This document shows, in pieces, positions 35,501 through 50,500 of a stretch of DNA of 64,000 bases. Numbering within the stretch: the first letter of the stretch is position 1; each line of letters opens with the position of its first letter. The translations under genes were made by a program, and so were the position numbers. Under the pieces are notes generated by a model, which saw only the letters and a list, made by a program, of their open reading frames with translations, searched no databases and was not told the DNA's origin. This stretch comes from Iphione sp. A-MEVVRFRX5 (Eukaryota): assembly GCA_976226885.1 (NCBI GenBank), contig OZ320313.1, forward strand, positions 71,300,001 through 71,364,000. The letters run 5' to 3'.

Positions 35501-38500
35501 GCTCCATACATACATTTGGCGTTGTTTTGACTTCAGTACTAGCACAGCGGTAGTGCCCCATCTGCTAGCTACTGTTTATGCACTACACTTTATTACTAGA
35601 TGATAATCCATGACAATAAAGGACATTCTCTTAACTCTATAAGGACAATTTCACGGCAGCAGTGCCCCATGTGTAAATGTCCAGTGCCTACCCCACTTTA
35701 TATGAAAGTTGGCATTCTTTACCTGGCTTTTTTACAGACAGGTAGAATTCTTTATCTGGGTAACTTGTGATGGAGCCAGGTAGCTGATAACACACATTCT
35801 CAACTGACCTTTTATATTTTTCCTTATTCGGTTTTTGGACAGGTATTTGTTTTCTTGATGCCCATTGTGTAGTTGCCTAAATTAAATTCTCAATTTTTCC
35901 CTTCCAATACTTAATATCCTCTTGTCCCTTATTACTAAGTACTCTTCCTTTACCTCCTCTAGACTGAACTTTATGATGTTCCTCCTCAACCTTATCAACT
36001 TTTGGAAGGATACAGTGCTCAAATTGGTATTGATTACTGTGCATATTCTGTTACTAGGAGGAGCATACTACACAATATTGCGACAGCTATATTTGTAGAC
36101 AATTGTCCTTGTATTTCCCTGAAGTAATGGTATTTCTCCCCTAGCTTATGAACTGTTTGCATATCACTCTTGGTCATAGTCAACCCACCATCCAGGACAA
36201 TACCTAGGTACTTCACCTCAGTAGTGACCTCTATTTCTTTACACCCCACCAGCACCCTTCTCCTCAGGTCCATGCGCTTATGTCTGTGATGGAATTGTAC
36301 ACATTTAGTTTTCTCAGTGTTCACTGAGATCTGGAATTGTACACAATTAGTTTTCTCGGTGTTCACTGAGATCTGTGAGTTGGCTGACCATTTCCAGAGC
36401 TCTTCTCCCATCCTGTTGATGTAACTTCTCAACTCTTCGGGTGTTCTGCCATGCACAATGACCACTACATTATTTGCATACATGTAACATGCCCCATTTT
36501 CAATATTACCAGGTAAGTTGTTGATAAAAATCTGGAAGAAAAGAGATCCCGGTATGAACCCTTGTGGGACCCCACAGGTTATTCGGTCTCTTACTGATTC
36601 ATACCCATTGCAGTAGACATACTGCTCTTGTCCTCTTAGGTAATTTTTTATCCAGCAATAATTTTTTTCCAGATGTCCCATACCTACTAATTTTATGAAA
36701 CAGTACTCCATGGCCCACTGAATCAAAGGCCTTCCTATAATCTGTGAAGATCCCCACCACAAACAGTCCTGATTCAGCAGACCATGTACCATGTCCAACA
36801 GGCTGCACACTGCTGTCTCTGCGGATCTATGTTTATAAAAGCCATGCTGTTGGTTGCTTAATAATTTATTTTCTGCTACGAATAAAATAGTTTATTATGA
36901 TCTATCAATTCCAGCACCTGTGACAGTGTATTCGACAGACTTATAGGCCTGTAGTTGCCAATCAATAATCTGGAGCTGACCTTCCACAAAGGAACTACCT
37001 TGGCCAATTTCCATTTCTTCAGTATCCAGTTGAAAATCACTTTGCGGACACATCTACAATGCGGACACATCTGGAATGCTGATGATTCATGAAAGAACGG
37101 ACTTTATTTCTAGACATAATCTATGTAGCAGGACATCTGTATTCAGGACAGCCAATTTAGTCAAGCGTCCTCCTGTGGACACTATGGTTGAAGTGTTGTC
37201 GTGCAAATTTGGGGCTGCAGAAAGGCCTGCAGACACCTCACAGACCCTCAGCCACCCTAAAAGGGTAGGGTTTCACACCTCTGTACATGTTTTGCATAAA
37301 TTTGGGTAGGATTTAAGGCTTCCCAGACCCCCTGACTCCCTCAAAGGGTAGGGTTTTATGCCTCTGTACATGTTGTGACACGAATCTGGGGCTTCAGGGG
37401 GGGCTCCAAAAGTGATGTTCAAAGGCAGACATAAATAACCCTACAGACTTTCAGGACTCATACTCAAATTCTGCACTTTTAGCACTCTTACTCATTAAAT
37501 TCAGCACTTTTAGGACTCTTACTCATTAAATTCAATAATAAATACTTGCATAAATGAATACAGTTGTCAGTTGTCTTTTCCCCCTTATGCACATCTCATA
37601 TACATGTACTACTAATTAATCTATAAATCTGGCCACGTCCAAAATGCGGACAATTTGGAGAAGAACAGAAGGTGTCCGTAATCAGGATGTTGCACTGTAA
37701 TTCCAGAGCTAAGGCTATCATTGATCATCCTCACTCAGGTTGGTATAGTTGCTTTTAACACATCCTTAATTATTGCCGTTGGTATTTCTGATTTCTGGCA
37801 GGCCTTTGCAGTATTTATACTTGCCACAGTGTCTACAATGTCTTTCCTACTTGATCAAACCGAGATGACATTCACTGCTGAAGTCATGGAAGATAATTCA
37901 TTCGAAACCAAGACAGAAACAATGAATAATGCCCATTTCAAGTGATCAACACCAGAAGAAGTGGAAGTGATGAAAATGGCTCAAAATGCAAAAACCACTG
38001 ACATCCAGATGAAAGGGGTAATGAAAGTTTTAAGAGGTAAATGTGAATATATATACTTTCTGTAGAAAAACTACACAAAAGTGTTGGTACTGGTATTGGC
38101 GGAAAACAGCAGAAAAGCAAAATTAAAAACAAAAAAGATTAGAGATTATATGTTCCAGACTGGCTGATAAGGGTCGGACATAGGGCGCAATTCAAGGACC
38201 AACCCACTAGTGTCCTAGCAAGCCAATAAGAACTTTACACCTCGATTAAAGCTATGAATAATACCGATTACAGCAGAAGCTGGATGAACAATGTGCTGGA
38301 CTCCTAACGGTATCTCGTGGGATCTCCATGCAACAAGAACCTGAGCATAATTTCTGACAGTGAATTTCGTCAGGTGAATTTAGCCCATGAAGGAGGGTTA
38401 GCAAAGTTGAGATCAGATGGACTTGACAAATCTAAACATGAATGATTGAGCCAGCAGATATTGAGAAATCGTATTATGCTATTTTCACTAACACAGCACC

Positions 38501-41500
38501 TGGCTTGCAGAAGAAGTATTTTTTAACAATGCTTTGCACTTTGGGTGTAGGTGGAGGCAGGAGCTTAGAGAATTATGTAAAGATTCATTTAAATTGCAGC
38601 AAGACAGCCATGGTGTAGAATATCTATGCCATCTAATGAAAAAGAGAAAACTTGCCAGGGTGTTAGGAGGACGAACAAGAAACATATAAAAAATATTTTG
38701 ACAACCCTTCAAGATGTCTGCTTAAGGCATTCAAATAATATGTTTAGCACCTAAATCCCGAAAGCTGTTTCTTCTTCCAGAGACCAAAAAGGCATTTCAA
38801 CCCAAATTATAAAATTTGGTTTGACAATACAGTATCTCGGACCAAGTACAGTGTTTAATATGATGAAAAATATGCCCAAAGAGGGAAACAAGTAAAAAAA
38901 CTTCATGTTTAACAATTATTTCGAGCAGGAATAGATTCCAATGTAAAATTTGCTCCAAATGTGTTTTGTTATATGAAGTCCTGTGATTCGATGAAAAAAT
39001 GTTGATAACATTAAACAGCAAAATGAAGAAAATTTTGGTTCAAGGATGTATTGTATAAATATTACATTTTCTACAACAAAAAATATGCTAAACTATACCA
39101 ATGATATACGTTCATAATTGAAACGAATTTTACTTTTTAAAAAAATGAATGTCATTATACAGCAAAGTACCTGGCAACAGGATTCAAAATGGCGGCATCA
39201 CCTTGATGAGGCAGCAAGAGAAACAGTAAATATGGTGTTAAAATTACTCATAATTTCGTATTAGAACAGCGATTAAGTTAGTAACTCTTGTATTTCCCTC
39301 TGACAACACACTTCGTCCCTCCCCTCAGGGAGAGTGTATTGTCAGGGGAAAATACACTTGTTGCTTACTCAATGACTAAGACATAAGATGAAGTTTAATA
39401 TCACCTGCCTCATTTTAACTAAATGAGAATTAACCAAACCAATGACAAAAGATAGATCAATGGGAGTTTTGCCAACCTCCCCTGACCAAGAAGATCAGGG
39501 GAGGAATGCTCATAAACTTCTTGAGGGATTTTACTAACATAGACATAGCTGCAACAGTAACACCTTGAATTCTTTGAGACACCCTATCACGAATCTTTGG
39601 TACTTCAGGCAAGGAAAACCAAACCGTTTCATGAACCTTCATCCATGAAGTCTTCATCCAGACACTGTTTGAAGGAAGAGGATAAGAAATTTTCAGGTTG
39701 ACGAAGGAATGGAGAAGAAATGAATTGATACATAAATTTAACTGAACAAATTTTTCTGAACCGGGAGGACCAGCACTAGGGTCAGACACTAACTCTGAAG
39801 TAGTAAATTCCCGAAAAATCATCAGCAACGTCTAAGCCTGGTTCAAAAGGAACATCAGATTGTGAAAGAGTTACAGAATGAGAAGGCAAAACAGATCTAA
39901 CAGAAAAATCATCATTAGGAGAATTATTAGAATCCACCAAAACAGTGACTGCATCAGCAACAAGAAAGATAACCTGCGAGCTCAATGGTCCCCAACCAGC
40001 CATTCAGTCATGATAGCTGCATGCCTTAAAAGTATATGCCTGCGTGCACACAGCTGACCAACACGATATTATACCCTGTACAGGGAATGTGTGTGTGCTT
40101 GTTGGTGAGCATAATATAGTGAAATATAATAACTTTGAAACATAGATATACAGTTAGCATGTGTCCATATGTGTATCATATCCAACTTTCAATTCATTTG
40201 ACCTAAGAGAATTGAAGTTATAAGAGCCATAAGATCCAACACTTGGAGGTGGGGGACAATTTAACGTTAGTACCTTCATGATGATTCCTACCAAGACTAT
40301 CACCAAGAGACTGAATTCCAGAACGAAAATCAGTGGACATCTGGGATGTGTGACCACAGTGACTGCTGAACTAAAAGTGAGTGAGTGTGTGGAGCTGGCT
40401 ATGGTGGCGCCACCCGTATATATCTCAGTTAGACACATGGTGTCCAACCCTAGCTGGTACTAAAGTGATTGTTGAAGAGAATGTGAAGCCAATAACAGAA
40501 TCAGTAGAACCAGACTGCGAACTGGGCCCTTGAAGGGGGGAAAGCCCTGATCAAGGTCATGGCCTACAGCAGGGTCAGAAAAATCAAGCTCGCTTAAAAT
40601 AGCAGTAAGTGCTAGAAGGGTAATGATGGGAGGGGGTGATTGCTGAAGTATAGCAGCAGAAAACTTCGATTTCCTAGGTTGGGGTTCTTAAGAAACATCC
40701 TTTTGAAGAGTTTGAGCTTTATGTGAAGCCTTACTGACCTTCGGGGCGTCTTAGCTTTTCACCGAGTAAAACTTCAGTAGTCCCTTCTAAAACGAAGGGA
40801 GAAGTTATATTGAAAAATAAAACCACGGACAACTCCATGTGGGCACCTCAAAACAGCCTCATGAAAGGTGCAAAAAGGCCAAAATGATAAAGAATAGCAA
40901 GTAAATAACAAGCCATTAATAAGTAATAAAAGTGTAAAGGAAGAGGAAAAATCCTGGCTGGCAAAGAATCCACAGCAATCAACAATCTATGAGACGACTG
41001 AGAACAGAAGCAATGCAGTCCGTTAAGGTCAGCAGCAAAGCAAAAACTGAGCTGTCTCTATAGGGTCTGGTGTCAGAAACACTCTCACTACAGCCCTCTA
41101 GTGGACACAAAACGAATTAAAATTATTACTATGCTGAACTGCTCCTTGCCCCCGCTAAGAGCCTTGCAATGCGCCACTCTATCTGTATAGTCCCATAAAA
41201 TTCACTGCATTTTTTATTAGCCCTGAGATACTATAAAATTATACATCAATTTGTATATGTTTGCCTATTCTGACCAGTTGCCATGACACATTACTGTCAT
41301 AACTACATACTCTTATTGTTACTACAAGTAGACATATTTTCAATCTGAAACTGTAAACTGAAAAACGCAACAATCATATTTCCATCTGCTTACTGTATTT
41401 TTCACTCATTTCCCCTTTTCCTTTAGCCATCATGAAAAACTGAAGATGCCTCAACAAAACTCCAAATTCAATTTCTAATCTCTGACATGGTATGACAGCA

Positions 41501-44500
41501 CACTCATCACTGCTTTTCCATTGTTCTAATTTCTGTGAAATAGAACAAATCACTCACTGGTACTTTCCAAGGAAACAGTCTGTAAATTCTCACTAATGTG
41601 GAAACCAGAGGGACTTGTCTCATTTTGTTTGCAGTAGGGGGTGTCCGCAGGCGCCGAAAATGGAGTAAACAGGTAATAATGGAGTAAACATATAGTAATA
41701 GGTAGAAATGTAGTAAAATAAATCAAAATGCCTCTCCTAGGTGTGGTATACCCTTCAAAGAAGCTATAATCATACCTCCTCCAGGTATCAGGAGCAAGGT
41801 CGTGCCTCTCCAAGGTGTAGTATACCCTACAAATAAGCTAGAATTGTGCCAACTCCAGGTGTCAGGAGTGCAGTCATGCCTCTCTTGAGTGAGGCATATC
41901 CTTCGAAGACGAGAGAATCGCACGTTTCCTCCAGGTGAGGTGTCCACTGTAAACACTAAGATCAGTGTTTGGGACTGTAAAATGGGTGTCCAGAGGTGGG
42001 TGTCCACTGGACAAATTATGACCACAGATGGGGTTGTACACTGTAGGTGGGCATTTATTAACAGGGTCTCTCTTGTATTTACTGATCATTCCGCACCTCT
42101 GGTCAGGAGCTTTGGATCAATTTTTAGTTTGACCTTTAATCTCTTGCAAGCCAACGTCAGCATTTCGGTGCTGTTTCATAATAAATGTCCACACGTCCAC
42201 CTGAGTCAAGTCAATTGTTGTCAGTGGAATGGGACTGCTGTCACCGTATCTAACAGATCAGTGTTGTCATACTACAGAATTAAAAACGTATGCACTTACT
42301 TTCTTCCTGCTTAGCTGGGATTGCATAAAGGATTGTTGAATCATCTGTAAAAAAAAAAAAAGACAGATGGATAAGGAACCTGAGAAAACATTACTGTGTC
42401 AGTGTCTTAGACTGTTGTTAAGTGGTGTAAGAAGTCTGTGCATTTTTCAATTACACAAACGCATGTAAATCTGCAGCGGCNNNNNNNNNNNNNNNNNNNN
42501 NNNNNNNNNNNNNNNNNNNNNNNNNNNNNNNNNNNNNNNNNNNNNNNNNNNNNNNNNNNNNNNNNNNNNNNNNNNNNNNNNNNNNNNNNNNNNNNNNNNN
42601 NNNNNNNNNNNNNNNNNNNNNNNNNNNNNNNNNNNNNNNNNNNNNNNNNNNACCCCCGCCAGCCGGCGGAGCCGGGGCTGTCATCTTCACGCCTGCCCTC
42701 TACCATGTCACTCTCCAGTCAGCTGGTGACAGTCATGCAAATATGTCTAAAAATCAGCAGAACTCATGCAAATCCGGTCAAAAACAGATGACAATGGTAA
42801 AATTCGAGTAAATTCACAAAAAACCAGCGTAATTCATGTAAATTCCACCGAAAATGGCAAAGAGAGAAAGAGACACAGAGAGAGAAGTGCCGAAGGTGCT
42901 TGTTTGTTTACAAATTAGCATAGGGTACACAGAAGAGGTGAAGGGGAAGGGGAGGAGGTTAAGACAGTATCCCCAAACTAACTAAATGGTAATTAAGTTC
43001 CTCCTACTTGCTTTTGTGAATCCTTTATATTAAAAAGGTTTGAAGCATTTGTAGTGTCCAGTTTTCAGAAAAGATCACCTTTTATGTACCAAATATGCAA
43101 AAATATATTTTTTCCTCAGTTACACACACATCTCACCAAACATCATGAGACTTCAGTGGACATGGACTACTTTCGGAAGACGTCTTAACAGGTAGTGTAG
43201 TAAATTAGCATTATATTTTTCAACATTTTTTGCAAAGTTTTGAAAAGCGTCATTTTGGGGCTCATGCCATTTTACCCCTTGATATTTTATTTCCCCTGTT
43301 GATGTAATGGGACTGTAGATATGAAAGTCTTCATCACTGCTTAAAGCAAACCCATTAATTACATTCAAGACACCACCAATTGACCCACATTCCACACCCA
43401 GTTTCTCCAAGTGAGTACCGAGTACGAGATTTTCAAGGAACACTTCACTATTTCCTCCAGTCCAGCATATGAAAGTCACTACACTTACGCATGTGGTTGA
43501 ATCATTTCCATTTCTCATTACACACTTACCTATGTTACGTTTGCAGATAAAGGGGTACTCAGTGACAGTTTGCACCTCCGCATCTGTGCAAAAGTCCTCC
43601 TTCCAGCTGCGATCCGCCAGCTGTATTAGCACGCAGTCCAAGTAGACTTTTGAGGTAAAAGGTGTCTTCCACCAACTTGAAAATGAAAGTGGAACAATAT
43701 GAGCTCAGGTGTACCTTTGTCAAAGTGTCGTTAAGCTGATAAAAAACCTGTTTAGTTATCTGTACATAAATATCACCATCTCCTGACCAAAGGGTACAAG
43801 CAAATATTCCTTTCTTCTATGTGTCACAATTCAAGTCAGTAGAGCCACAAGAAAAACAAAATTCCATATCAAATAATTTGAGCGGAAATGCACAGTTTCA
43901 GTTTAATCATGTTTTCAGGATATAAAATGATGTACACTGTACATCTATACTGGTTTCGGAGGATTTGCAAATCTGCTTTATTCCATCAAATATTAAGTTG
44001 GTTAATGAAAAGCGACTACACCACATGGTGGAGTACCACCTACAGAACCTTGGTTGTTTTTATTTCAGAAGGGCATGGAAAGTGTGGGATTTAGAATAAC
44101 ACTTACACAGATATGTGATTTCGTGATGTTGTGAATGAATCCTATCTCAAAAGCTTTACAGGCCCTATACTTAGTAAACTAGCGTCTGTACTTGGTAAAC
44201 TAGCACCTGTAGACACGGGTCACTGACCTTGACATACTACTGTATACAGTAAACCTGGCTATTTCAACCCCTCACTTTTCCAGTCAACTTATATTCCGGA
44301 CAAATCAGGTATGAACAAATTGAGTACTTTCAATACAAAACCCCCTCACTATTCTAACACCTTGCTATTGCAGGCCAAGTCATTTGGAACCACGCAGTGT
44401 TGCAACAGCAAGGTTTTACTGTCAACTGGAAACCGCACAAGAGACCAGGCACGAGACTCAGCAACTTTGCTCTTTCCCATGGTTTTGCTGAATTAGGAGT

Positions 44501-47500
44501 CATCTCTGTAGCTATTTAGGTGCGTTTGGTTCTCTACATTAATGCTGGTCTCTCCCTAGGTCTGGTCATCCCGGTGACCTGGTCTTTATCTGGGTTTTAA
44601 TGTTACATGTATATGTAAAATGTTTCCCATATGTAAGCCACAGCTGTTTATATAGGTGATGTCTGGACCTCTCATATACATGTAGACAGTTCTCTACCAA
44701 AAGCACAGGCAGTGGGCAGGGCAACATAAAACTACATGTATATCTCTGTGTGGTTCTTAGACTTGTACATATATATATATATATTAATGCATTTACCTGG
44801 GTTTGACACTTCCTTGAACACCATCGATCCAATCAAACTTGCCTTCTTGAGCAATGTCACTCATTCCGATCCACACTTTACTTTCACCAAGCGGAATTAA
44901 TGTCTGGACAGCATAATCTGTAAGACGACAGAAGAGTTATCCATTCTTCGACCATTAATATTACATAAAATTCTACTTACAGGAACAAGTTATAATGCAG
45001 AGGCATGACATCTTCATTAATTACATTTGATCAAACAAACGATTTGGGATGTAAACTGTATACATATACATGCACAGTCAGGACCTGTCAACTGCAGTCC
45101 TGTCAAAAGTACAGTTAACTGGGGGTCTGTCTATCAAAATAATTTATTAAAAAAATAGCTGAGAGCAAATGGCCTCCTGACATAAATGACTATCTGTATC
45201 CGAATCATACAAGTTAACTTGCACAGTGCAAAAGAAATACCATTAGTCATCCGCCTCTAAGTGGAGGTGGAGGCTCTAAAAGTACTGCTGGGCAACTATC
45301 CGACCCTCTGTCATTATAATCTGGATCTTATCAAACTGTACTAATGAAGTAATATGTAGCAATATATTGAATGAACAGGGTCCTTACTATGGTATTCTAC
45401 TGTACTGAATCTTCCTACTAGCTTATTGCCATTTCATTACATGTGATTTGAAGGTAAAATATATGTATTTATTATAATCTACGTGTAGTGTGGCAGCTGT
45501 AACTTTGTCATAGTGCGCGCACCAAAGCAGGTCTATGACTATTTGAATGGCTGCCAGAGGTCTATAAACTTCTAAGGTGTACTTTCTTGATTAAACAATG
45601 ACCCCCTCCCCCCTCCCACACACACAATCAGTGCTTCCAGCCCGAAACCAAACCTTCAGCATTGCCGATTCACACCGTAACAAACTCACATGTTGGCTGA
45701 TCCAAAATGTTCGTAACTATGCTTCTACCTATGGTTTTCGTATTTCTCCTGCTATAAAGCAAATCCATGACAGAAGTTACAAGCATTTAAAAAATTAAAA
45801 GAAGGAGCAAGGGACATGTTTGCAGTGATGTGAGCTGGACATAGTGTGAACCGTCTTAAATCAGTTTACTTGTGTAACGTTTCAAAACTGGAACAAACGA
45901 ATCTAAACCTGTACTGAGGTTGTGCTTTCCTTACCTAAGACCAATTTTTCTTCCCCGGCATCCTCAAAGGAGACAAGGTTAGCACGATCCAGGTTGCAGG
46001 CCGCCTGCGCATCCACCCATTTTGCCTTATCAGTGCGGATGTTGTAGCAGTACTTCCCTTTGGTATCTGCTATCCAACCTGGCGGGCATTCCTTGTGTGA
46101 TGGAGCTACAGCTATGGGTGGAAGAAGTATTGTTTTTACCATAAGTATGTTAAGAAGACAGTAACAATGATTCCATCAAGACGCCTTGAGTAATCAAACT
46201 GTAATACTGAACAAAATGGCAGTTAGGTCTGCTTTCCATGTGTATGGACTTTTCCCCAAGACTCTCTTATTGTCCAGAAAATTGGCCGATTTTCCGGACT
46301 TCTCCAGACAGGCACGGACCTGCTTTCCATGTGTATGGAGAGAAGTGGTTGAGAAGTGACTGAGAAGCAGGCAGGAAAAGTATGAACACATGCTAGATGA
46401 TGTGTGTATGTGTCTCTTAAAAGTGTTTTTATGTGCAAATCAGAAGAAATTCTGTACAATTCTGTTATTATGGCATGTTTTTTGTGCCAATCGGACAAAA
46501 TTATGCCTAATTCTGTGGAAACTGTTTGTTTGTGCCGATCAGAAAGAATTATGCCCAATTCCGTAAAGACTATGTTTTGTGCGGATCACAAAGTATTGTG
46601 ACCAAACCAGTTTTTTTCATGCAGATGATCTGCAAATTAGATAAAATTTCACATCATCTAACATGTTAGACAGTGTCCGTCCTGCTGAACAGGTTAATCT
46701 CCCCACCCTACTCATCAGTGTCTGTGGTGCTGGAAAAAACAAACATTGTCTGTTTTCCATCCATTGACATCTCCGTACTCCAGATTCCAGAATTTGCACT
46801 CATATATACACGGGAATAGCACAGTTGAGTCTCATAGAATCATTATTTTCTGCATCTTCGATTCTGGAATCCATGGACAAAACCCATATACATTGAAAGC
46901 GGGCTATAAACAGGTTTCATTTTGCATACCTGGTAAGTATTTCAATAAATCAAAACAAGTGAGATATTTTCACTTTAGCACATGCACTTAACTTTCTTCT
47001 TAAGATTCGAAATTGCTTGAAACGCCATTGAAATGCCTAGTTAAAAATAGAAATGAAGCATAAAATAGAAATAAAAATCCAAATAAATAGTTAATGAAGT
47101 ATTTATGCATTCCAGATTCTCCTTATGGTCAACTCTCGCCGGAGCTTGCTGGTTTATAGCATTAAAAATACTTTGGAATGTCCTTTTCCTGTATAAGGTA
47201 GCTTAATGCGAACTCTCCTCACAGGTCATGTTATATTAGAAGTTTTCCCGGGAAATAGCAAGGCGCTGCTTTTATATTGTCTCAACTGCCTAAGGCCTTG
47301 TTTGAAGTATCTTAATAAAGAAGTCTTGTTTGAAGTATCTTATCAAAGAAGGCTACGTATCACAGAATTTCAATGAAATTTTGATATAAATATGTGCCTT
47401 AAATCAATGTACATGTACTGCCATTGTTAGTTCCACCCAATGACACCAGGGATACATGCGTGTTACTTAAAAGTGATGTACTCTCCCTCATGGTCGCCTC

Positions 47501-50500
47501 TGCTAATGGCCAAAACTAGGTCGTAACCTGAGTATGAATACTCTAAGGTAATAACGGATCTTGCGTCCAGTCCAGAAAAAAAGGGCATTATCAAACTGCA
47601 AGAAAAGACATAGGGTACCAACAGAGCCCTATTTTGAACATCTATTAACTCTACACACGATCACTAAAATACCATGAAATACGGACTCTACTCAACACTT
47701 CAATGCAACTATGTTGACATATGTATACAGGCTGCCGGTGGACTTTTGAACAGATACTCGCTAATTAATACTAAACAAAAATAAATCTCTACTTAACACT
47801 TCTATATTTCAGGCCTTATGTCTACCTGACATGTAATTATACGAGCACTTCCACTTAAGAGTCCATTTGTTCAGAGTTGAAAACTAATAGATGCTATTTA
47901 AATTTTCTTGAACGAAGAAACGATAACTTACAAAAGAATGTGAAGTCGATGCTGACCCCTCTACGTTGTTTTAAATTTCTGTCATTGCTGACAAAGGTAA
48001 TATAGAGCTGGTTTGTTTTGCTGATCATGGTGCGGGAATGCATTGTGCCACAAAAGGTGTTCAGTACAGGTGACGTCGAATTTCCCCCTGTGTGGTGGAG
48101 AATATTTCACAACCTAATACAGTGGGCATGTTCTCTGCAGTGACATCAAATTCCATTACAAATGCACGTCTCTCACACAGTTTTATTTAGTTAGGGTTAA
48201 TTATACAGGAATAACAACTTAAGAGAAACTAAATTCAATACTCACTACAATGGTTCTTTGGCAAACCTTTCGTTACTCACAATCGTTTCTGTGTGCTCTG
48301 ACTAACCTCCAAGCAATATTAAACATATTTTCTTACTTTGGCACTTCAAAAGACCTGGATATGGGATATCAGGTTCATACTTACCATCTCTGATTTCCAA
48401 ATAATCAAAACCGTAACATATGGCATCAGATGGAGTCCACTGAAGGTCCGGCTTACCAACTGTCAACTGAAATGTGTTTTACGTCATAACTTACACACGA
48501 TCGTTTGTGAATAGCTACTCTCATGTTAAAAACGATCGATAAAATACCATGAAATACTGATGCTGATGCTGACCAGTAAAAGTACTTTTAAGTCCAAAAA
48601 GTACTGACTTCTGGAGCCTCCCTGGAGCCCCAAATTAGTGCAACATGGGTGGGTGCTGTCCTAATTTGACTTTAAAGGCCTTAAATCCTACCTAAATTAC
48701 CGTGACAACCTTTGAAAATGACTTCTGGAGCCTCCCTGGAGCCCCAAATTTGCACAACAGTCACTGCCTGTAGGGGGACGCTTCCAAAAATACACAATCT
48801 GCAATCCAGATGTGTTGATTTAAGGCTTTACTATAGGAAACAAATCAGTTCTTTTTCAAATAGTCTGCATATGAGACATGTCCGCATCTCAGACATGTCC
48901 GCGAGGGGACGTCACACTGTAATTGTTATTGCTTGGGTAAGCATGTACAGTCAAATCTCAATAACTGAACACTGGCAGTTTCAGTTAAAATTGTTTGGAG
49001 TTCAGATTTTTTGGATATTGAATCATGGCCTAAGGCCACTTTTCCTCCCCACCTTGATAGTCTAAGGCATATGCATTGTATTTATGGCCGAAAATATAAA
49101 AATTCAGGCAAGTCGTCCAAAATTGCAAAAACAAGCTAAAACCAGCTGAAAAGGTGAAATTCAGGCAAAGTTGGCCTAAAAATCGCAAAATGGAGGCAAA
49201 GTCGATCAAAAGATGGCAAATACAGGCAAATTCCAGCCAAAAAACAGAACAAACTTAGTGGGTTACATGAACTCACCAGTGAAATATGACCTTGACCTTG
49301 TACCAGGATAAGGACACAGGTGTCTGAGATACAGCCCAGTGGCACCACCACCAAACCATCCCCAAACTCTGAATTTTACTATGACTTAAAAAAAACCCTT
49401 CCCGGAGAATACATTTGGGTACATCTATTGGAATCAATCATATACATAAGTGAATGGTAGGGAGTGCAAAGACTTGGCCACACACAGTAGATTTAATGAC
49501 CACCACCTTAAATCTATCCTGGTCAAGGGTGACAAAATCATATGACCCTCATATCGAGCCTGGCCCTCCTGAAAAAAGGCAGACCTCTTACAAGCCTCCA
49601 GAGACCAAAAATTATTTTTCCCATAAACAGAGGCTCTAGTAAGGTATTTACCTTACCTAAGACTGAGGCTACAGAACGAATCCCAAGAATATCTCAGGAC
49701 AGGACTGACTTAATATGGTCCATGACTTTTGTCATCCTGGACTCAGCAGGCCTAACCACCATGTTGACAGAATTGATGCGTAACCTAAGAACACAATGGT
49801 TTGGGCTACCTCTAAAGATGTCTCAAAATTAATAAAGAACCCAATGCATTGTAAAAGTTTCATTGTTTTACACACAAACAGAGAGCACTCTTATGCATCC
49901 CTGCCAATAATAATAATATCATCAATGTATGATGCTAACACAAGCACCTCCTCCCTGCAATCAGCCAAAGGAGGAGCCATAATCTTAGTAAAGTTCCTTG
50001 GGGCAGATGACCATCGAAAAGTTAACACATCATACTGATAGACAGCGTCTTGCCAAGAAAAAGCCAAATACTTCCTGTGAGGAGGCAAAATTGGCATAGT
50101 ATGCTATGCATTCTTTAAGTCCACTGATGCCATAAAACAGCCTTCAGCCACCAAAGGCAACACTGTTTCCAAAGTCTGGATTTTAAAATGCTTATACTCA
50201 ATGACCTTGTTTAACTTCAACAAGTCCAATATCAACCTGAAAGAACCATTCGATTTTGGTATCAGGAAAATATTGGACGATTAGGTATCAAGAGGAACAG
50301 AATGTAGGACCGAGATTGACCCAATCAAGAGATTGGTCAACTCTTCCTGCACAAAGACCAGGAGAATTCTTCTCACTGGCCTCTGAACCCTCTGCCTTTG
50401 CCCCCTCCCCTACCCCTCCAAAAGGGGTAGCAGGTTTCCTCTCGAGCTGATTAAGCAGCAATGAGTTCTCTTTGACTTGCTTAGCTCTGCCAAGCAAGTC

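Noticed and set aside
38335-38380. CTGACGA-N12-GAAA hammerhead-like string on the minus strand
   Set aside because: No stem II or stem I pairing; expected by chance.
40470-41130. Segment upstream of the third DIRS remnant that looks like another element's 5' region and contains a CTCF-like CCACTAGAGGGC (about 41095-41106, minus strand)
   Set aside because: No diagnostic protein motif, and a single 12-bp motif is not evidence of binding.
41558-41646. Potential extra lectin-gene exon TPYCKQNETSPSG...EST with a good donor (A|gtgagt)
   Set aside because: The putative acceptor reads tgcgg, not AG, and the gene model is in frame without it.
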